A stretch of 63,970 nt of DNA, the filler included, from Chiloscyllium plagiosum (taxonomy: Eukaryota): NCBI RefSeq assembly GCF_004010195.1. It is 5 parts of one record of this genome, joined end to end, with 100 filler letters (N's around TTAATTAATTAA, not from the genome) between each part and the next. Parts side by side here need not be neighbours in the genome. Positions count along the whole stretch, not along the records: positions 28,974 to 40,168 come from NC_057715.1; positions 40,269 to 60,768 come from NC_057715.1; 3 more parts are not named here. One strand, 5' to 3'. Under the pieces are notes generated by a model, which worked only from the letters and a program-made list of their open reading frames with translations, was not told the DNA's origin and searched no databases. Below are positions 39,543 to 53,014 of this stretch, piece by piece. The translations under genes and the position numbers were made by a program. The first letter of the stretch is position 1, and each line of letters starts with the position of its first letter.

Positions 39543-40168
39543 TTAAAAAGAATAGGGAGGGGGGAGAAAGAGGAGGGGGTGTAGCACTACTAATCAGAGA
39601 GGGTATCACAGCTACAGAAGCTTCCATTGTCGAGGAAGATCTGCCTACCGAGTCAGTATGAGTCAGAAATTAGGAACAGCAAGGGAGCAGTCACCTCGTT
39701 AGGGGTTTACTACAGGCCCCCCCAATAGCAGCAGGGAGATGGAAGAAAGCATAGGTCGGCAGATTTTGGAAAAGTGTGGACGTAGTAGGGTTGTTGTAAT
39801 GGGTGACTTTAACTTTCCCAAAATTGATTGGAACCTCCTTCGAGCAGAAGTGTTACAGTTAGGGGGAGGAAAGGGGAGCTGTTTTGTAAGGTGTGTTCAG
39901 GAGGGTTTCCTAACTCAGTACATTGACAGGCCGACGAGTGGAGAGGCTATTCTAGACTTGGTGCGCGGAAACGTGACGGGGCAGGTATCAGATCTTGTGG
40001 TGGGAGAGCATTTTGGTGATAGTGACCACAACTGCCTCACAACTGCCTCACATTCAACATAGCTTTGGAGAAGGAGCGGATTAGGCAAAATGGGAGGTTA
40101 TTTAAATGGGGAAGAGGAAATTATGATGCGATTAGACATGAGTTAGGAAGCATGGACTGGGAGCAATT
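39543..40168 (+). mobile_element. CR1 LINE APE endonuclease fragment
   Basis: GVYYRPP, MGDFNFP, ILDLV and GDSDHN motifs. Confidence 0.88.
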
Positions 40169-40268
40169 NNNNNNNNNNNNNNNNNNNNNNNNNNNNNNNN
40201 NNNNNNNNNNNNTTAATTAATTAANNNNNNNNNNNNNNNNNNNNNNNNNNNNNNNNNNNNNNNNNNNN

Positions 40269-40610
40269 TAGTAGCCATACACGCAGACGACAAGCAACAT
40301 GAATTCGAGTGGGACAACACTACCATTATAGGGCAAGCGAAACAAAGAACAGCCAGGGAATTCCTAGGAGCATGGCACTCATCCACAAACTCCATCAACA
40401 AACACATCGACCTGGACCCAATATACCGGCCACTACAGCGGACAGCTGAAACTGACAACCGGAAACAGCAGGGACAGGCCACTATAAATGCCGGAGGAAA
40501 CACCACAGATGCGCTTCACAGGAGGCTCCCAAGCACTGAGGATATCACCGAGACAGGGGACGAAACGTTTGCAACAAAAATTTCCAGCTCGACGAACAGA
40601 ACCACAACAA
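40269..40610 (+). mobile_element. Penelope GIY-YIG C-terminus plus a hammerhead-bearing 3' end
   Basis: HEFEWDNTTIIGQAKQRTAREFLGAWHS...INKHIDLDPIY. CTGAGGA...GAAACGTT at 40536-40569. Confidence 0.8.
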
Positions 40611-43352
40611 CTTTCCACTCAGCTGGATGCCCAGAGACCCTTATCTTGCATTGCCTTCTTGTGCCTTCTTGCTTTAGCCAGCTCTTAAAGTACTTCTGTT
40701 CTGCCCTGCTGTTCATTGCATGCAGGAAACTAGGCAGCTTGACATGTTTGTCATCAGTTAAGGGGGTAGACATATTACTGTGTGGCACATTCCTAAGTCA
40801 ATCTTACATCTAAAGCATGTACAGGCCTATAAACCAAACATCCATCAGTCCTGATGAAGGGCTTTTGCCCGAAACATCAATTTTCCTGCTCCTCGGATGC
40901 TGCCTGATCTGCTGTGATTTTCCAGCACCACTTTAATCTAGATACTGCATATATATCAATTGAGTAGCCATGTGTCGACATCTAAGTGGAGTAGTCCTCA
41001 GTCAAGGCAGAGAGAAGCAGCTTGGACAAGGGCAGATCCCAATATCAATTTAAGGACTTGGGTGCAGTTAAGTAGCTGGTCATGGGGTCCGTACCTCTGT
41101 AATGCAGGGAGTGGATCAAGGTCAGCACTGTGGGTCTTGCGCAAACAATATGAGAAGCTGTATAGATATCATTCAGGTATCGGTTCACTAAAAGTCAAAG
41201 GTGGGAAGGGGTTTGAGAGTCATTGGGGTCGTGGCGATGGGAGGGTAGCTGGGGCATTCAATTCAAGGAATTAAATGAGCCGGTTCACCTGGAGTATAAA
41301 AATAGAACCATGTGAAAGTATTAACTCTGGTTCAACATTTTAAAATTTATTGTAAAAATTAAACCAGGATTAAAGGGAGAGTGTCAGTGTGGCTTCAAAA
41401 TGAAAACAAAAGATGGCAAGAAAAAGTTTTTCTTAGCAGTGGCAGTAACCATACAGTGGTATTCTCCAGGGACCGGTATTAAGACTGCAGACTCTGTTTG
41501 TTTTATCTATTCATATTTACTTGGGTAAGCAGGGAATAATTTTAAAGTTTGCATATGTTACAAAATTCAGATGTGTACGTACAAACAAGGAAATGGCAGG
41601 GTAGTCACAGGATGAAAGTTCCCAATGACCAGGGAGACCATGACAAGAGCTCATAGTGGAAGGATATGGGGTAAATCATTTTGGACTGAGATGAGAAATT
41701 TCTTCACCCAGAGATTGGTAAACTAATGGAATTTGCTACCACAGAAAGCACTTGAGGCCAAACCTTGTATGATTTCAAGAAGGTGTCAGATTATAACACT
41801 TGGGACTATAGAAATCAAAGGATATAGAGGAAAGGTGGGAACAGGCTATTGAGTTAGATTATCAGTCATGAGCAAAATGAATGACAGAAAGTTCAAGGGC
41901 TGAATGGCCAACTTTTGCTCTAATTTTCCATGTTTCTCTGAATCAGGTTTATCATAGTAGGTGTGAATGTAGAATTCAAAATACAAAAATATCAGTTATG
42001 ATCTTATTGAATTGCAAAACAGGCTCAAGGGGCTGAATGATCTCTTTATGCTGCTAATTCCAGTTCATATGGTGAACTGGGAAGATACATGACAAATTAA
42101 ACTTAAAATGAATTGATCAATTTTGATCGGAAAATGAGGAAAGATGACATAAACTTTGTAGTAGAAGTTTAAAGGGGAAGTAGAGATAGACGGACCCATA
42201 TCTCTCAAATTTTTGAATACAGCACAGTAAGTAAAAAAAAACTACATGATCTTATACAGCTTTTTCAACTTTATGAATAGAAACTTTGAAGAAAAATGCA
42301 AAGAAACTACAGTATGCTAAACCTTTATAAAATGGTAGTTGGATCTCATTTGGAGTATTGTGGTTAATTCAGATTACAATGCTTTATGAAAATATTAAAG
42401 CCTTAGACAGGGTACAGAAGAGACTTTCTAGAATTGTAATCTGGTGAAATTGAAGAAGCTCTTTTTTTCTCCCTAGAACACTGAAGATGATGAGGAAATT
42501 TGATGAAGATCAACAAAATCACGTATTAGTTAGTAGGTACACAGTTAGAAACTGATTACAGTCCCAAGAGGGTCAATAAGTAGAGGACACATATTAAGAT
42601 GATTAACAAATGAACCAGAGGAGAGATAAGGACATTCTGTTCTACACAGCAAACTTTGTGATCTGGAATATACCCTGCAAAGGTGTTGGAAACACAGCCA
42701 TAGTAAATTTTATAAGGAAGTTTAGTAAATGCTTGAAGGGAGAGTGGAGAAAGATCAGGGCAGTAGCACTAGCTGGATAACACTTTCAAAGAGTTTGAAA
42801 GACTTTGGCAAGATGGATTTAATCGTCTCATTCTGTGACATATTGATCTTCGAATCTATTCAGATTGTCTTTCAATATTCTTGCCCTCATCTCAAACCTG
42901 TTTGCATTGAAGCTCATCTGCCACACATCCGCTCTCTCCTCCAACTTCTCAATGATCATTTGGAGTTCCACATTGTCCTCTTCACAGTTCACAATTCTTA
43001 CTACATTTAGTGTCATTTGCAAACTTTGAAATTGTCCCGTCCACACCAAAATCCAGATCATTAATAGAGATCAGGAAAACCAAGGGCCCAGGACTGGGGT
43101 CTGGAGTACGACAAACCTTCCTCTCACCCGATAAATATCCATTGACCATTAATCTCTGAAATGGCAGAAGAGTTGTATAAATACTTTGCATCAATCTTCA
43201 CAGTAGAAGAGGATGAGAAAACTGTCCATGTAACACCCTTATTAAAAAAGAGAAGGAGACAAAAAGCAAGTAACTATATAGGCCATCTGACATTGGGAAA
43301 ATGTTCATGTCTATTATAAAGAATGTAACAGCAGAACGTTTAGAAATAGAAA

Positions 43353-43893
43353 ATTCTGGTCTCCTTCCTATTGGAAGGATGTTGTGAAACTTGAAAGGGT
43401 TCAGAAAAGATTTACAAAGATGTTGTCAGGGTTAGAGGCTTTGAGCTATAGCGAGAGGCTGAATAGGTTGGGGCTGTTTTCCCTGGAGCGTCGGAGGCTG
43501 AGGGGTGACCTCACAGAGTTTTATAAAATCATGAAGGGCATGAATAGGATAAATAGACAAGGTCTTTTCCCTGGGGTGGGGGGAGTCCAGAACTAGAGGG
43601 CATAGGTTTAGGGTGAGAGGGGAAAGATGTAAAAGGGTACAAAGAAGCAACTTTTTGACACAGAAGGTGGTACATGTATGGAGTGAGCTGCCGGAGGAAT
43701 TGGTGGAGGTGGTACAATTACAGCATTTAAAAGGCATCTGGATGGGTATATGAATAGGAAGGGTTCATAGAGGGATTATGGGCCAAGTGCTGACAAATGG
43801 GACTAGATTAGGTTACGATATCTGGTCGGTATGGGCGAGTTGGACTGAAGGATGTGTTTCTGTGCTGTACGTCTCTGTGACTCTATGACTCTA
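43353..43893 (+). mobile_element. CR1 LINE 3' fragment
   Basis: LERVQKRFTKML...RRLRGDLTEFYK with a (CTATGACT)-type tail. Confidence 0.88.
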
Positions 43894-43959
43894 AAATGTA
43901 ATCAGCATGGAGACAACAACGGCTCTAATACACCACAATATTGGGATAAAGGGAACACT

Positions 43960-44940
43960 TTCACATGACAATCTTTAGTGCAATGTCAGGGACCAGTTCT
44001 GAGTCCATAATTATTACAATATTATTAATGACTTGGATGAGGAAAGTAAATGCCCTGTTGCCAAATTTGCCAGATGACACAAAAATAGATAGGGATGCAA
44101 GTAGTCAGGTTGATGCTAAAGTGCACTCAGGGATATATACAGGTTAAGTGATTGGACACAAATCTGGCAATTGGAATATAATTTGGGAAAAGATGGAGCT
44201 AAGCATTTTTGCAAGAAGAGTAGAAGAGCTGGCTATTGTTTTAATGGAGGGAGATTGCAGAAAACTACAGGATATAGGGATTTGGGTCCTCAGTCATGAT
44301 TCTCAGTAAGCAGACAAATTCAGCAGCCGGCGGGGAAGGCATATGGAATGCTGGCCTTGGGAATGGAGTAAATAAACAGGAAAATCTTGCTCAAATCAGA
44401 TGAGGCACTAGTTGGATCACGCCTGGAATGCTGTGGATAGTTTTGGGCCCCTTATCCAGGAAACTTAAACTAGCATTGGAAGCAGTCCAGAAAAGGTTCA
44501 CTAGACTGATCACAGGTATGGAGGGATTTTCTTATGAGAAGAGATTGTACAGGTCAGGCTTGAACTCATTGGAATTTAGAAGAATGTGAGGAGACCTTAT
44601 TCAATCATATGAAGTTCTTGTCACTTTTGACAACGTAGATACAGAGAAATTGTTTCTCCTCTTGGGAGTGTCTAGGGCTAATCTCAGAGTGTTGATGTGT
44701 CCATTTAAAGCAGTTGAGGAGAATTTTCTTTTCTCTTTTCAGGGTTGAGTTATTCACTGCAGGACACTGTAAAGGCAGAATCCTTCAAGGCCGAAATATT
44801 TTTAGAATTAAATTAGTAAGGGAATTAAGGGCTGTGGGGAATGGGAAAAAGGCAGGATCTTCAAATCAACCATGGTGCCATTGAATGCTACACCGCACCT
44901 GATTTCTAAATCCTCTACTACTGCTCCAATGTCTTAGATA
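43960..44940 (+). mobile_element. Old degenerate CR1 RT
   Basis: AKF-DDTKI and VQKRFTRLI remnants. Confidence 0.7.
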
Positions 44941-45149
44941 CTTGATATCTCAACCAAAAATGGTACTTCTGAAAATCCAGATCTCCCACAGTACTGTGCT
45001 GCAGTATCAGCCTTGATGATGTCTTAGAATAAGACATGAATCTGTCACCACTCTGTAAGAAGTGTGTGTGTTCCCAGCTGAGCCAAGCTTTACAGACATT
45101 TGTGGGATTCTATATGCTTGCTCTGATATCTTGAGCTGGCACTGTCATA

Positions 45150-45312
45150 TTAGATTACTTACAGTGTGGAAACAAGCCCTTCGGCCCAACAAGTCTACAC
45201 CGACCCACCGAAGCACAACTCACCCAGACCCATTCCCCTACATTTACCTCTGCACCTAACACTATGGGCAATTTAGCATGTCCAATTCACCTAACCTGCA
45301 CATCTTTGGACT
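45150..45312 (-). mobile_element. HE1-like SINE 3' part
   Basis: Same tail as the copies at 12237 and 30827. Confidence 0.75.
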
Positions 45313-46669
45313 TCTCCTCTTTTGGTTGTCCAGATCAGCTTCTATTCTTATTGACATTGCACTTGTTATGCATTCGCCAGCATGGATTCGAGGATGGTGA
45401 TGTATTTGCTGCGGCTTGTTAGGGAGTTCATGGAGAAGGATTAGAGTTTTTCTCACATGATTAGATACTGGAGAGAATGTTAGTTTGATGGTGGTGGTAG
45501 AGATAATGTAGGTTGAGGTGAAATTTATGAATCAACCGTTGAAACTAACATTTGCTCACGTTGTGATGGTGTCCTGAGCTCTTTCCCTTTGCCCTGTTTA
45601 AGATCCACATGATTAATTGTACCCAGGAGTTCATTACATGAGATTGAGAATTAGGCCTGTAGATTCTGCTGGATGTTCAGATAGATACTGACCTCTTTCC
45701 AGTTTCATGCTGTTTCTGCCCTGTCTCTTTGGGAGATACCTTAGAAAGCAAAAGTTATGGAAACTTAAAAATATGTCCACTGCTGGTTTCTGTGAACAAA
45801 TAGCATTATTATGCCCTTCTTATGTCTGCATTATAGAGTAAATGAGTTAAATATAGACATTAAATGACAAAACATTTCTGCAATGAATCAGCCAATACTT
45901 TTAACTAATTGATACTATAATAACAGTACTTCATTTTGTCTGAAAAACTATTTTGCACACTTTCTTGCTTCATTACGAGGGCTTTTATTGGATATTGCAG
46001 GCAATGTATCCATATCCAATTTACAGATATGTGACTGTACAGTGCCTTGAGCAATTTGCCAAGCAGAAAGAACACTCGTTAATTAAACTAAATAGTTTTT
46101 CATTGATCCATTTCACAAGTAAACTAGTACACTTTGTTCTAGACAGTGCAACTTAAAGGACGGGAATTTGCTGAAATTTATGCACATTTTGCCATTGGTA
46201 ACTTATGGTGTAAATTGCAGAGGATCTTATTTTCCTAAGTCAGAATGTTCAAACACAATACGAAGCAAGCAGAACTTCAGCCCAGGCCATCTTTAACTCC
46301 TTCCTTATTGTATTGAGGTTATGGAAGTTAGTTCAGTTAAATTAAATAATCTGTAATTATGCATTCAGAAATTTAAAAAGTAGTTTTTCTAAGTTCTGAC
46401 TCTTCTTATTCAGTCAAGGGGATGTGGGTATCACTGGTTGGGCCATCATTTATTGTCTGTCCCTAATAGCCCTTGAGAAGCTGGTGGTGAGCTGCCTTCC
46501 TGAACTGCTGCAGTCCATTTGCTGTAGGTAGATTACCATTGTCATTAAAGAGGCAGTTTCAGGATTTTGAACCAGTGATATTGTTGGAAAAGTAATATAT
46601 AAAAGTAATACTAGTCCAGGAACCTTTATGTATTTTTCACTACTTTCTCAATTTGTGCTGACACTTGAT

Positions 46670-47408
46670 TTGTGCTCATATACTCAAGTACTGTCTCTGC
46701 CCCTGTGCTCATAACCTCAGGTACTGCCTCTGCCTCTGTGCTCATATACCGTAGGTACTGCCTCTAACATTGTGCTCGTATACCCCAGGTACTGTCTCTG
46801 TCTCTGTGCTCTAATACCCCAGGTACTGTCTCTACCCCTGTGCTCATATACCTCAGGTACTGTCTCTGCCCCTGTGCTCATATACCTCAGGTACTGACTC
46901 TGTCTCTGTGCTCGTATACCCCAGGTACTGTCTCTGTCTCTGTGCTCATATACCCCAGGTACTGCCTCTGCCCCTGTGCTCATATACCTCAGGTACTGAC
47001 TCTGTCTCTGTGCTCATATACCTCAGGTACTGACTCTGCCTCTGTGCTCGTATACCCCAGGTACTGTCTCTGTCTCTGTGCTCATATACCCCAGGTACTG
47101 CCTCTGCCCCTGTGCTCATATACCTCAGGTACTGTCTCTGCCTCTGTGCTCATATACCTCAGGTACTGTCTCTGCCTCTGTGCTCATATACCTCAGGTAC
47201 TGATCTGTCTCTCTGCTCATATACCCCTGTACTGATCTGTCTCTCTGCTCATATACCCCAGGTACTGTCTCTGCCCCTGTGCTTGTATTCCCCAGGTACT
47301 GCCTCTGCCTCTGTGCTCATATACCCCAGGTACTGCCTCTGCCTCTGTGCTCGTATACCCCAGGTACTATCTCTGCCTCTGTGCTCATATACCCCAGGTA
47401 CTGCCTCT
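46670..47408. repeat. 34-bp minisatellite (about 21 copies)
   Basis: Unit TGTGCTCATATACCYCAGGTACTGYCTCTGCCTC. Confidence 0.92.
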
Positions 47409-48792
47409 GGACTCATTTATTCCAGTGCACTCCAAGCTGGCCTCTCACATTTTACCCCTCCATGAAATTGAATCCATCCAAAACTCTGCTGCCCTGTACT
47501 GACTGATACCAAGCCATGGTCCCTTGTCAGTGATGTTCTGATCTTACAATTTCCTTACTTTAAGTTCTCATTATGGCCTTTTCCCCTCCCAATCTCATTT
47601 ATCTCATCTAGTCCCATAACCCTGACGATGTCTGTGCTCATCCAATGCTTGACCTTAAGCTCTAAAATTGCCTCCCTAAACATCTACTGTTCTTTACTCC
47701 TCTTTCTTCCTTTAAGACAATTCTTAAAATCTCCCACTTTGACAACATTTTGGGTCACCTTACTTAATGGATGAAAGTGAGTCAGTGGGAAAATAGGGTA
47801 AGATTGGCAGAAATGAGGTTCCTGATAGCCAGAAAAGAAAGTCTAATTCTCCAATCAAGTTTTGAATAGTAAGTCAAAAGAGTTGCCAATAAGTTGCAAG
47901 AGACTTATTTGCATGCATTTCAAGCTATTATTGCCTAATCTTGCCTCACTGATGTGCAGTTTCTCACTGTCTCACCCACTGAATAGAAACTGTACGATGA
48001 CCATTCCCATTATGAAAGTGAGAGTTTTTACTTGGCAACTCCAGCTTGCTAATGATCCTCCAGGCCTCCAGTTGGACAGCAGGCCCTAAACTCTCATGGC
48101 ATACTCCAATGGCTCCAACCATCCGTAACGGGCAGATATGGGCTGCACCATGCAAACCTCATCGTTACCATCATGTGATACTTCCAACCCATTTATAATA
48201 GTCTTGCACTTCAGTGCTGTACATTGTAGTGCATCAGCACCTCTCCCAGGACACTTTGCTTGCAGGGACAAGCACTTAGCTCATGGGTTGGACCATGGCA
48301 GCATTTCAATGTTCCTTGCTTGCTCTCTTAGCACTCACTTTGATCCTACTTGGATGCTGACAGTATCAGTACCTTTTTGTGCTTTGATCCTCAGCCAAAG
48401 GTTCTGTCTTGCTTTGCAGTTTAGCTCAGACACAACTTGAGGCAGCTTGTCGTGGTTGGCAGCAGTGATCAGTCAAGGAAGTGGACATGTTGGTGTAAGG
48501 CACCACGCTTCATTAATCTTTCCTCTGCAACATGTTCCTGTAGCATACAGCATGTGCTGCAACCAAACAAACATGTCTCCAAAGTCCAAGGGGAGTAGTT
48601 CTCAGTTAGGTTGGGATTGTAGCCTCAGTTAAGGGGTCCTAGCACAATGTCAAGGACAGCATCTGCTATTAGTCCAGGGGCTTGGACTTGGTCAGCCAGC
48701 TACTTTGGGGTGGTCAAGTTCAGAAGTCTGTATCTTAAAGACTTGGGAGTGCACCATGGTCCATCCTAGAGGTCCAATGGAACCAGTCCAAG

Positions 48793-50745
48793 TGAAATAA
48801 CTCCTCAGAGGTTGGTGTCTTGTCACCAAGTCACCTTAATTTACATGTGGGAAGTCCATGATGCTAATGTAGCTTCCTTGGAATCAGCTCTCAGAGTGAA
48901 CAGAGCCTATGACACTCTTATTTTTATCTGTCAGTCATTGCTCCCTGATTGGACCAGATTGACTGCCTGCCTCTTGCACCTGGAGGGTCTTGGAAGAAAT
49001 TCATCCTCTTAGGCGGTAAAGGTGTTGAGGCTGCAACATCCGAATATCCATCTGGATCTGTCCTCGTGTCAACCATGCCTCTTATTCACACAGGGTCATT
49101 CCCATGGTTCCTACACCAAACGTAGTCACCTGATGTAAACTTTCTGTCTTGCTTAGCATTCTGGCATTAGCATTCCTGACGCCACTTCAGCATCTCATTA
49201 AGGGTTAGACGAAAGTCACATGTATCTGGCAGTCCTCTTAACCAATTCAAAAATCCAGATATAGATTCCCCAGTTCTCGAACTGCAGTGTAAAAGCAATA
49301 GCGACTCAGTATTAGAAGAAGCTTGGTGTTGTGATATTCCTTAACTAAATCTGTCAACTCTTGAAAGGTTTAGTGTCTGGTCTCAAAGAGAAAGTTAGGC
49401 TCCTATAAACTGATAAAGCTATAGGTTCACAAGTTTTCAGAATTACTCGTTGCTGTTCATTTGCCCGGAAAACTAACACATTCTTTACACATACTGAGTC
49501 CAGTCATCAATGGGCACGATTGAATGAGTTCGATTGGCAGGATGCCAGAAATGCTTACCCCCAACTCAAAGACAACTCTTGTGAGCGAATTTCTTCAGGA
49601 GTGTGCTTTGCTCTCGTCGCTACTTAAATAACTCCCCAGAGGCTTGTATCCCATCACTAAGTCATCCTTTATTTACACATGGAAATTACTGAACACTGAT
49701 CCTGGCCCCTCAAAGTCTGACATTCCTGTTCTTTTTTTTTCTTTTTTTTCTTTTCCACCAGGAAGAAAGGCAACATCTCCTGTTTTTTTTTAACCCCCAC
49801 CTACCGCCTAACTGCGATAGTGCTTATTTTTTCCCCAGCACCCATGGTGTGTGTGTGCAGGCGTGAGACACAGCGAGAGACACAAGGTGCACAAAGCTTT
49901 ATTCAATTTCCACCACCAGGCAGAAAGGAAACACCCGAGTGGCCAGTGACAAACACTGCCCTTCACATCAAAGGGCANNNNNNNNNNNNNNNNNNNNNNN
50001 NNNNNNNNNNNNNNNNNNNNNNNNNNNNNNNNNNNNNNNNNNNNNNNNNNNNNNNNNNNNNNNNNNNNNCGGAAGAGGGGCAGGCAGTCGGCCCTAGCGA
50101 CCCCCTCCACGGCCCGCTGCCTGGACCTGTTTATAGCTAGTTTGGCCAGGCCCAGGAGCAGACCCACGAGGAGGTCACATTTCCGTTCTTTTTTCTTTTT
50201 TTACACTGATCCAGCTCCCTCACGAGCCAGCTCTCAGAGTGAACAGAACCTCTGACACTCCTTTTTTTTTTAGTGCTTATTTTTCCTCAGCACCCATGGT
50301 GTGTGTGTGCAGGTGTGAGACACAGTGAGAGACACAAGGTGCACAAATCTTTATTCAATTTCCACCAGCAGGAAGAAAGGAAACACCCGAGTGGCCAGTG
50401 ACAAACACTGCCCTTCACATCAAAGGGCAATGCTGTGTGATCAAACAGTGAAGGGGAGGGTACGGACTAAATCAAAATAGAGTTGGAGGGGGAAATAATG
50501 CACTCCACTCCCTGTGGCGCCCACCTCTCCCTAAACAACTCCAGGGTGTTGGTGGACACCGCGTGCTCCAAGCAGTGCCCTTCTCATCAAAGGGCAGTGC
50601 TGTGTGATAAAACAGTGAAGGGGAGGGTAACATTCTTGTTCTTATCTGTCAGCCAGGGTTCCCTGATTGGACCAGGTTAACAGCCCCAATCAGAGAACTC
50701 ATATTCTATGAGGTCCATTTGGCTGATCTTGTCACAGTCACTACA
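48793..50745 (-). mobile_element. Internally deleted Gypsy LTR retrotransposon with Tx1 inserts in the 5' LTR
   Basis: Related LTR copies at about 48793 and about 49622, the latter ending ...actaca at 50745. PBS-like tagcgacgag on the minus strand at about 49613-49622. gag remnant EQQRVILKTCEPIALSVYRSLTF. Confidence 0.6.
49790..50630 (-). mobile_element. Two Tx1-like LINE 3' ends (49790-50180 and 50270-50630)
   Basis: GLLLGLAKLAINRSRQRAVEG, with a 3' UTR closely matching 19640-19900. Confidence 0.75.
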
Positions 50746-51849
50746 TAGGGATTTGTGGTAATTCAATAGGAGAGCTGTACAGAGATCAGAGCAATCACCA
50801 GTCAAAGTCTTTCTTCAAGTCAATCAGAGAATTGACTGTGATTAATCCTTGGGATCTGCTCAATTAAAGTGTGTCATTCAGAGCCGCTGAGAAGGGAAAT
50901 CACTTTTGGGAATCGGAGTCAGCATACTGGATTGCAGAGGAGACAATAATTGTGAAAAGGGAAAACAGAACATACAAGATTATCAGATCAGCCATAAATC
51001 ATGGATTGATGGAGTAACTCAATAGACCACATGGTCTACCTCTGCTCCAAGATGTTCCGGTTTTACGGTAGCATTGACCTAGTGGATAGCTGGGCATTAA
51101 AAATGGCACCATACTGGGAATCCTGTGGGTTCCAGCCTTGATGAGTACTTCCACTTCTGACAAGAGGGAAGCTCATACATGGAGGCTTGGTGCACTGGTA
51201 ATGATGCAAGTTTCAAAGAAATAACACAAGAAACCTCACTAGAGAGACACCCTTGATGAAACTCACCAAAATTAACACTTAAGTCAATTTCTGTGAAAAT
51301 TTAGTAAGTCTCCATGTATGATTTGATGTTGGACTTTGTGTTGCATTGTTTCTGTTCAGATTTAGGACATTTTCTGATGTTAAAGACAACATTTAAAATG
51401 TTTTTATTGTCCTTTTCCATAGCTGTTCCAAACCTCATGATACTGTGAGTGAGCATTATTCACTGGATGTTCCTCTACAGACACTTGATCCATTTGACCC
51501 ATTTTGCTCCCCATAACCAGATACAACATTCCTTCTATTGATTTGATTTGATTTATTACTGTTACGTGTACCAAGGTACAATGAAAAGTGTTGTCTCATG
51601 TGCTTTGTGAGCAGGTTGTACTTTACAAGTGCATCAGGGTAACAGAACAATTTGCAGGATACAGTGTTAGAGCTGCTGAGAAGGTGCAGAGAGAGATCAA
51701 CATTAGCATTATCCTCATTAGGCTCGAAATATACTAATGGAGAAAATCCTCCTAAATGCATTTTAGCAAGTCTCTTTCTCTCTCTCAGCTCTTTACACTC
51801 TGACTCTTTCAGTTTCTCTTCAGGCAAGTGAAGTCCATTATCAGTGCTC

Positions 51850-52230
51850 AAATGTTCTTGCACCTTTCTGTAGTAAACCTGTTTAAGTACTCCTCTATAT
51901 TGTATCCACTCAGAAGTGACTTAAAAGATTCACCCTGTACTGTAGGAGTATCACTTCTTTTACTTAACTTTGACCAAATAAAATTTGTCTTTGACTGCTC
52001 CAGGATATCCCTTTCTGCATTAATTGAAGAGATAACATTCTCTTCAGTTAATATCTCCACTCCCCCTCCTTTCTATTCATTCATCAGGGCAAATGCAAGA
52101 ATGCCACATTTCAAACTATTTGTAAGGGATTCCTCCCAATTGCTTTGTCTGTGGCATTGCCTCATCCAGTCAGAGTCAATTTGCCAACCATTCAGCAACC
52201 TTTTTATCATCTTGTATAGCTTGTTGTGCT
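51850..52230 (-). mobile_element. Ancient LINE endonuclease remnant
   Basis: *KGGGVEILTEENV...DILEQSKTNFIWSKL resembles the CR1 endonuclease pattern KGGGVALL...DILE..EAIWVEL. Confidence 0.5.
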
Positions 52231-52447
52231 CATTCGAAATACGGCATTCTTCCATTTGTTCTGATGTGTGAAAGAGAGATAATTTCAGCAACACGACTCT
52301 TTCTTCAGCATTATTCAATTCTGTACTACCAATCGATTGTTTGGTCATAGCAAGTTTTAGACTTTTGAGTTGAAAATTACAGAAATAATGAGATCTCACT
52401 AAAAAGATCAGTTATCCATAAAAAATGTTAACTACTCTTTGACAGTA

Positions 52448-53014
52448 CAGGGGAACCTCGATTATCCGAACGAGATGGGCAGGCACTATTTTGTTCAGGT
52501 AATCAATGATTCGGTTAATCGATTCAATGCCTTTCCTCTGGGACTCAGAGTTTTCTATTACGTCTGTTCCCCATTCAGATTAGGCAACAGCACACCACGT
52601 GTGAGACCCCACGCTCCCCGCCCACCCCAACCTCTTTCCAACACCGCCACTGCCCGCCATCAACACCGCACCCTGCCCACTCCCCAAACCATGTCCAACA
52701 CCGGCCCTCGCCCGCCCCAACTCCTGTCCAACACCTCCTCCCAACACCGCGCTGCACCGGCCCCCCAACCCCTTCCAACATCGTCACCAGCCCGCCATCC
52801 AAACCCTGTCCAACACAGCCCTCCACCCGTCTCCAATCCTGTCCAACACTGCCCCTGCCCGTCCCCAACACTGCACTTTTAATCACTGTAAACAAAAGAC
52901 GCGATCAGTGTTGGACACACGCCTTCGATGTAATGTTTCTGGTGGGACCTCGAGATCTCCTTCGGAGAATCCAATTTTTGGATAACTGGTATTTGGATAA
53001 TCGAGGTTCCTCTG
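52448..53014. mobile_element. Tc1/mariner (pogo/Tigger-type) MITE
   Basis: 24-bp TIRs CAGGGGAACCTCGATTATCCGAAC / ATTTGGATAATCGAGGTTCCTCTG, flanked by TA at 52446-52447 and 53015-53016. Non-coding C-rich interior. Confidence 0.85.

Noticed and set aside
46717..47506. Repetitive ORFs or a CRISPR-like array
   Set aside because: Head-to-tail 34-bp units with no unique spacers in eukaryotic DNA.
51456..52399. Chain of minus-strand ORFs resembling a novel gene
   Set aside because: Interrupted by stops and best explained as a decayed LINE endonuclease (KGGGV motif).
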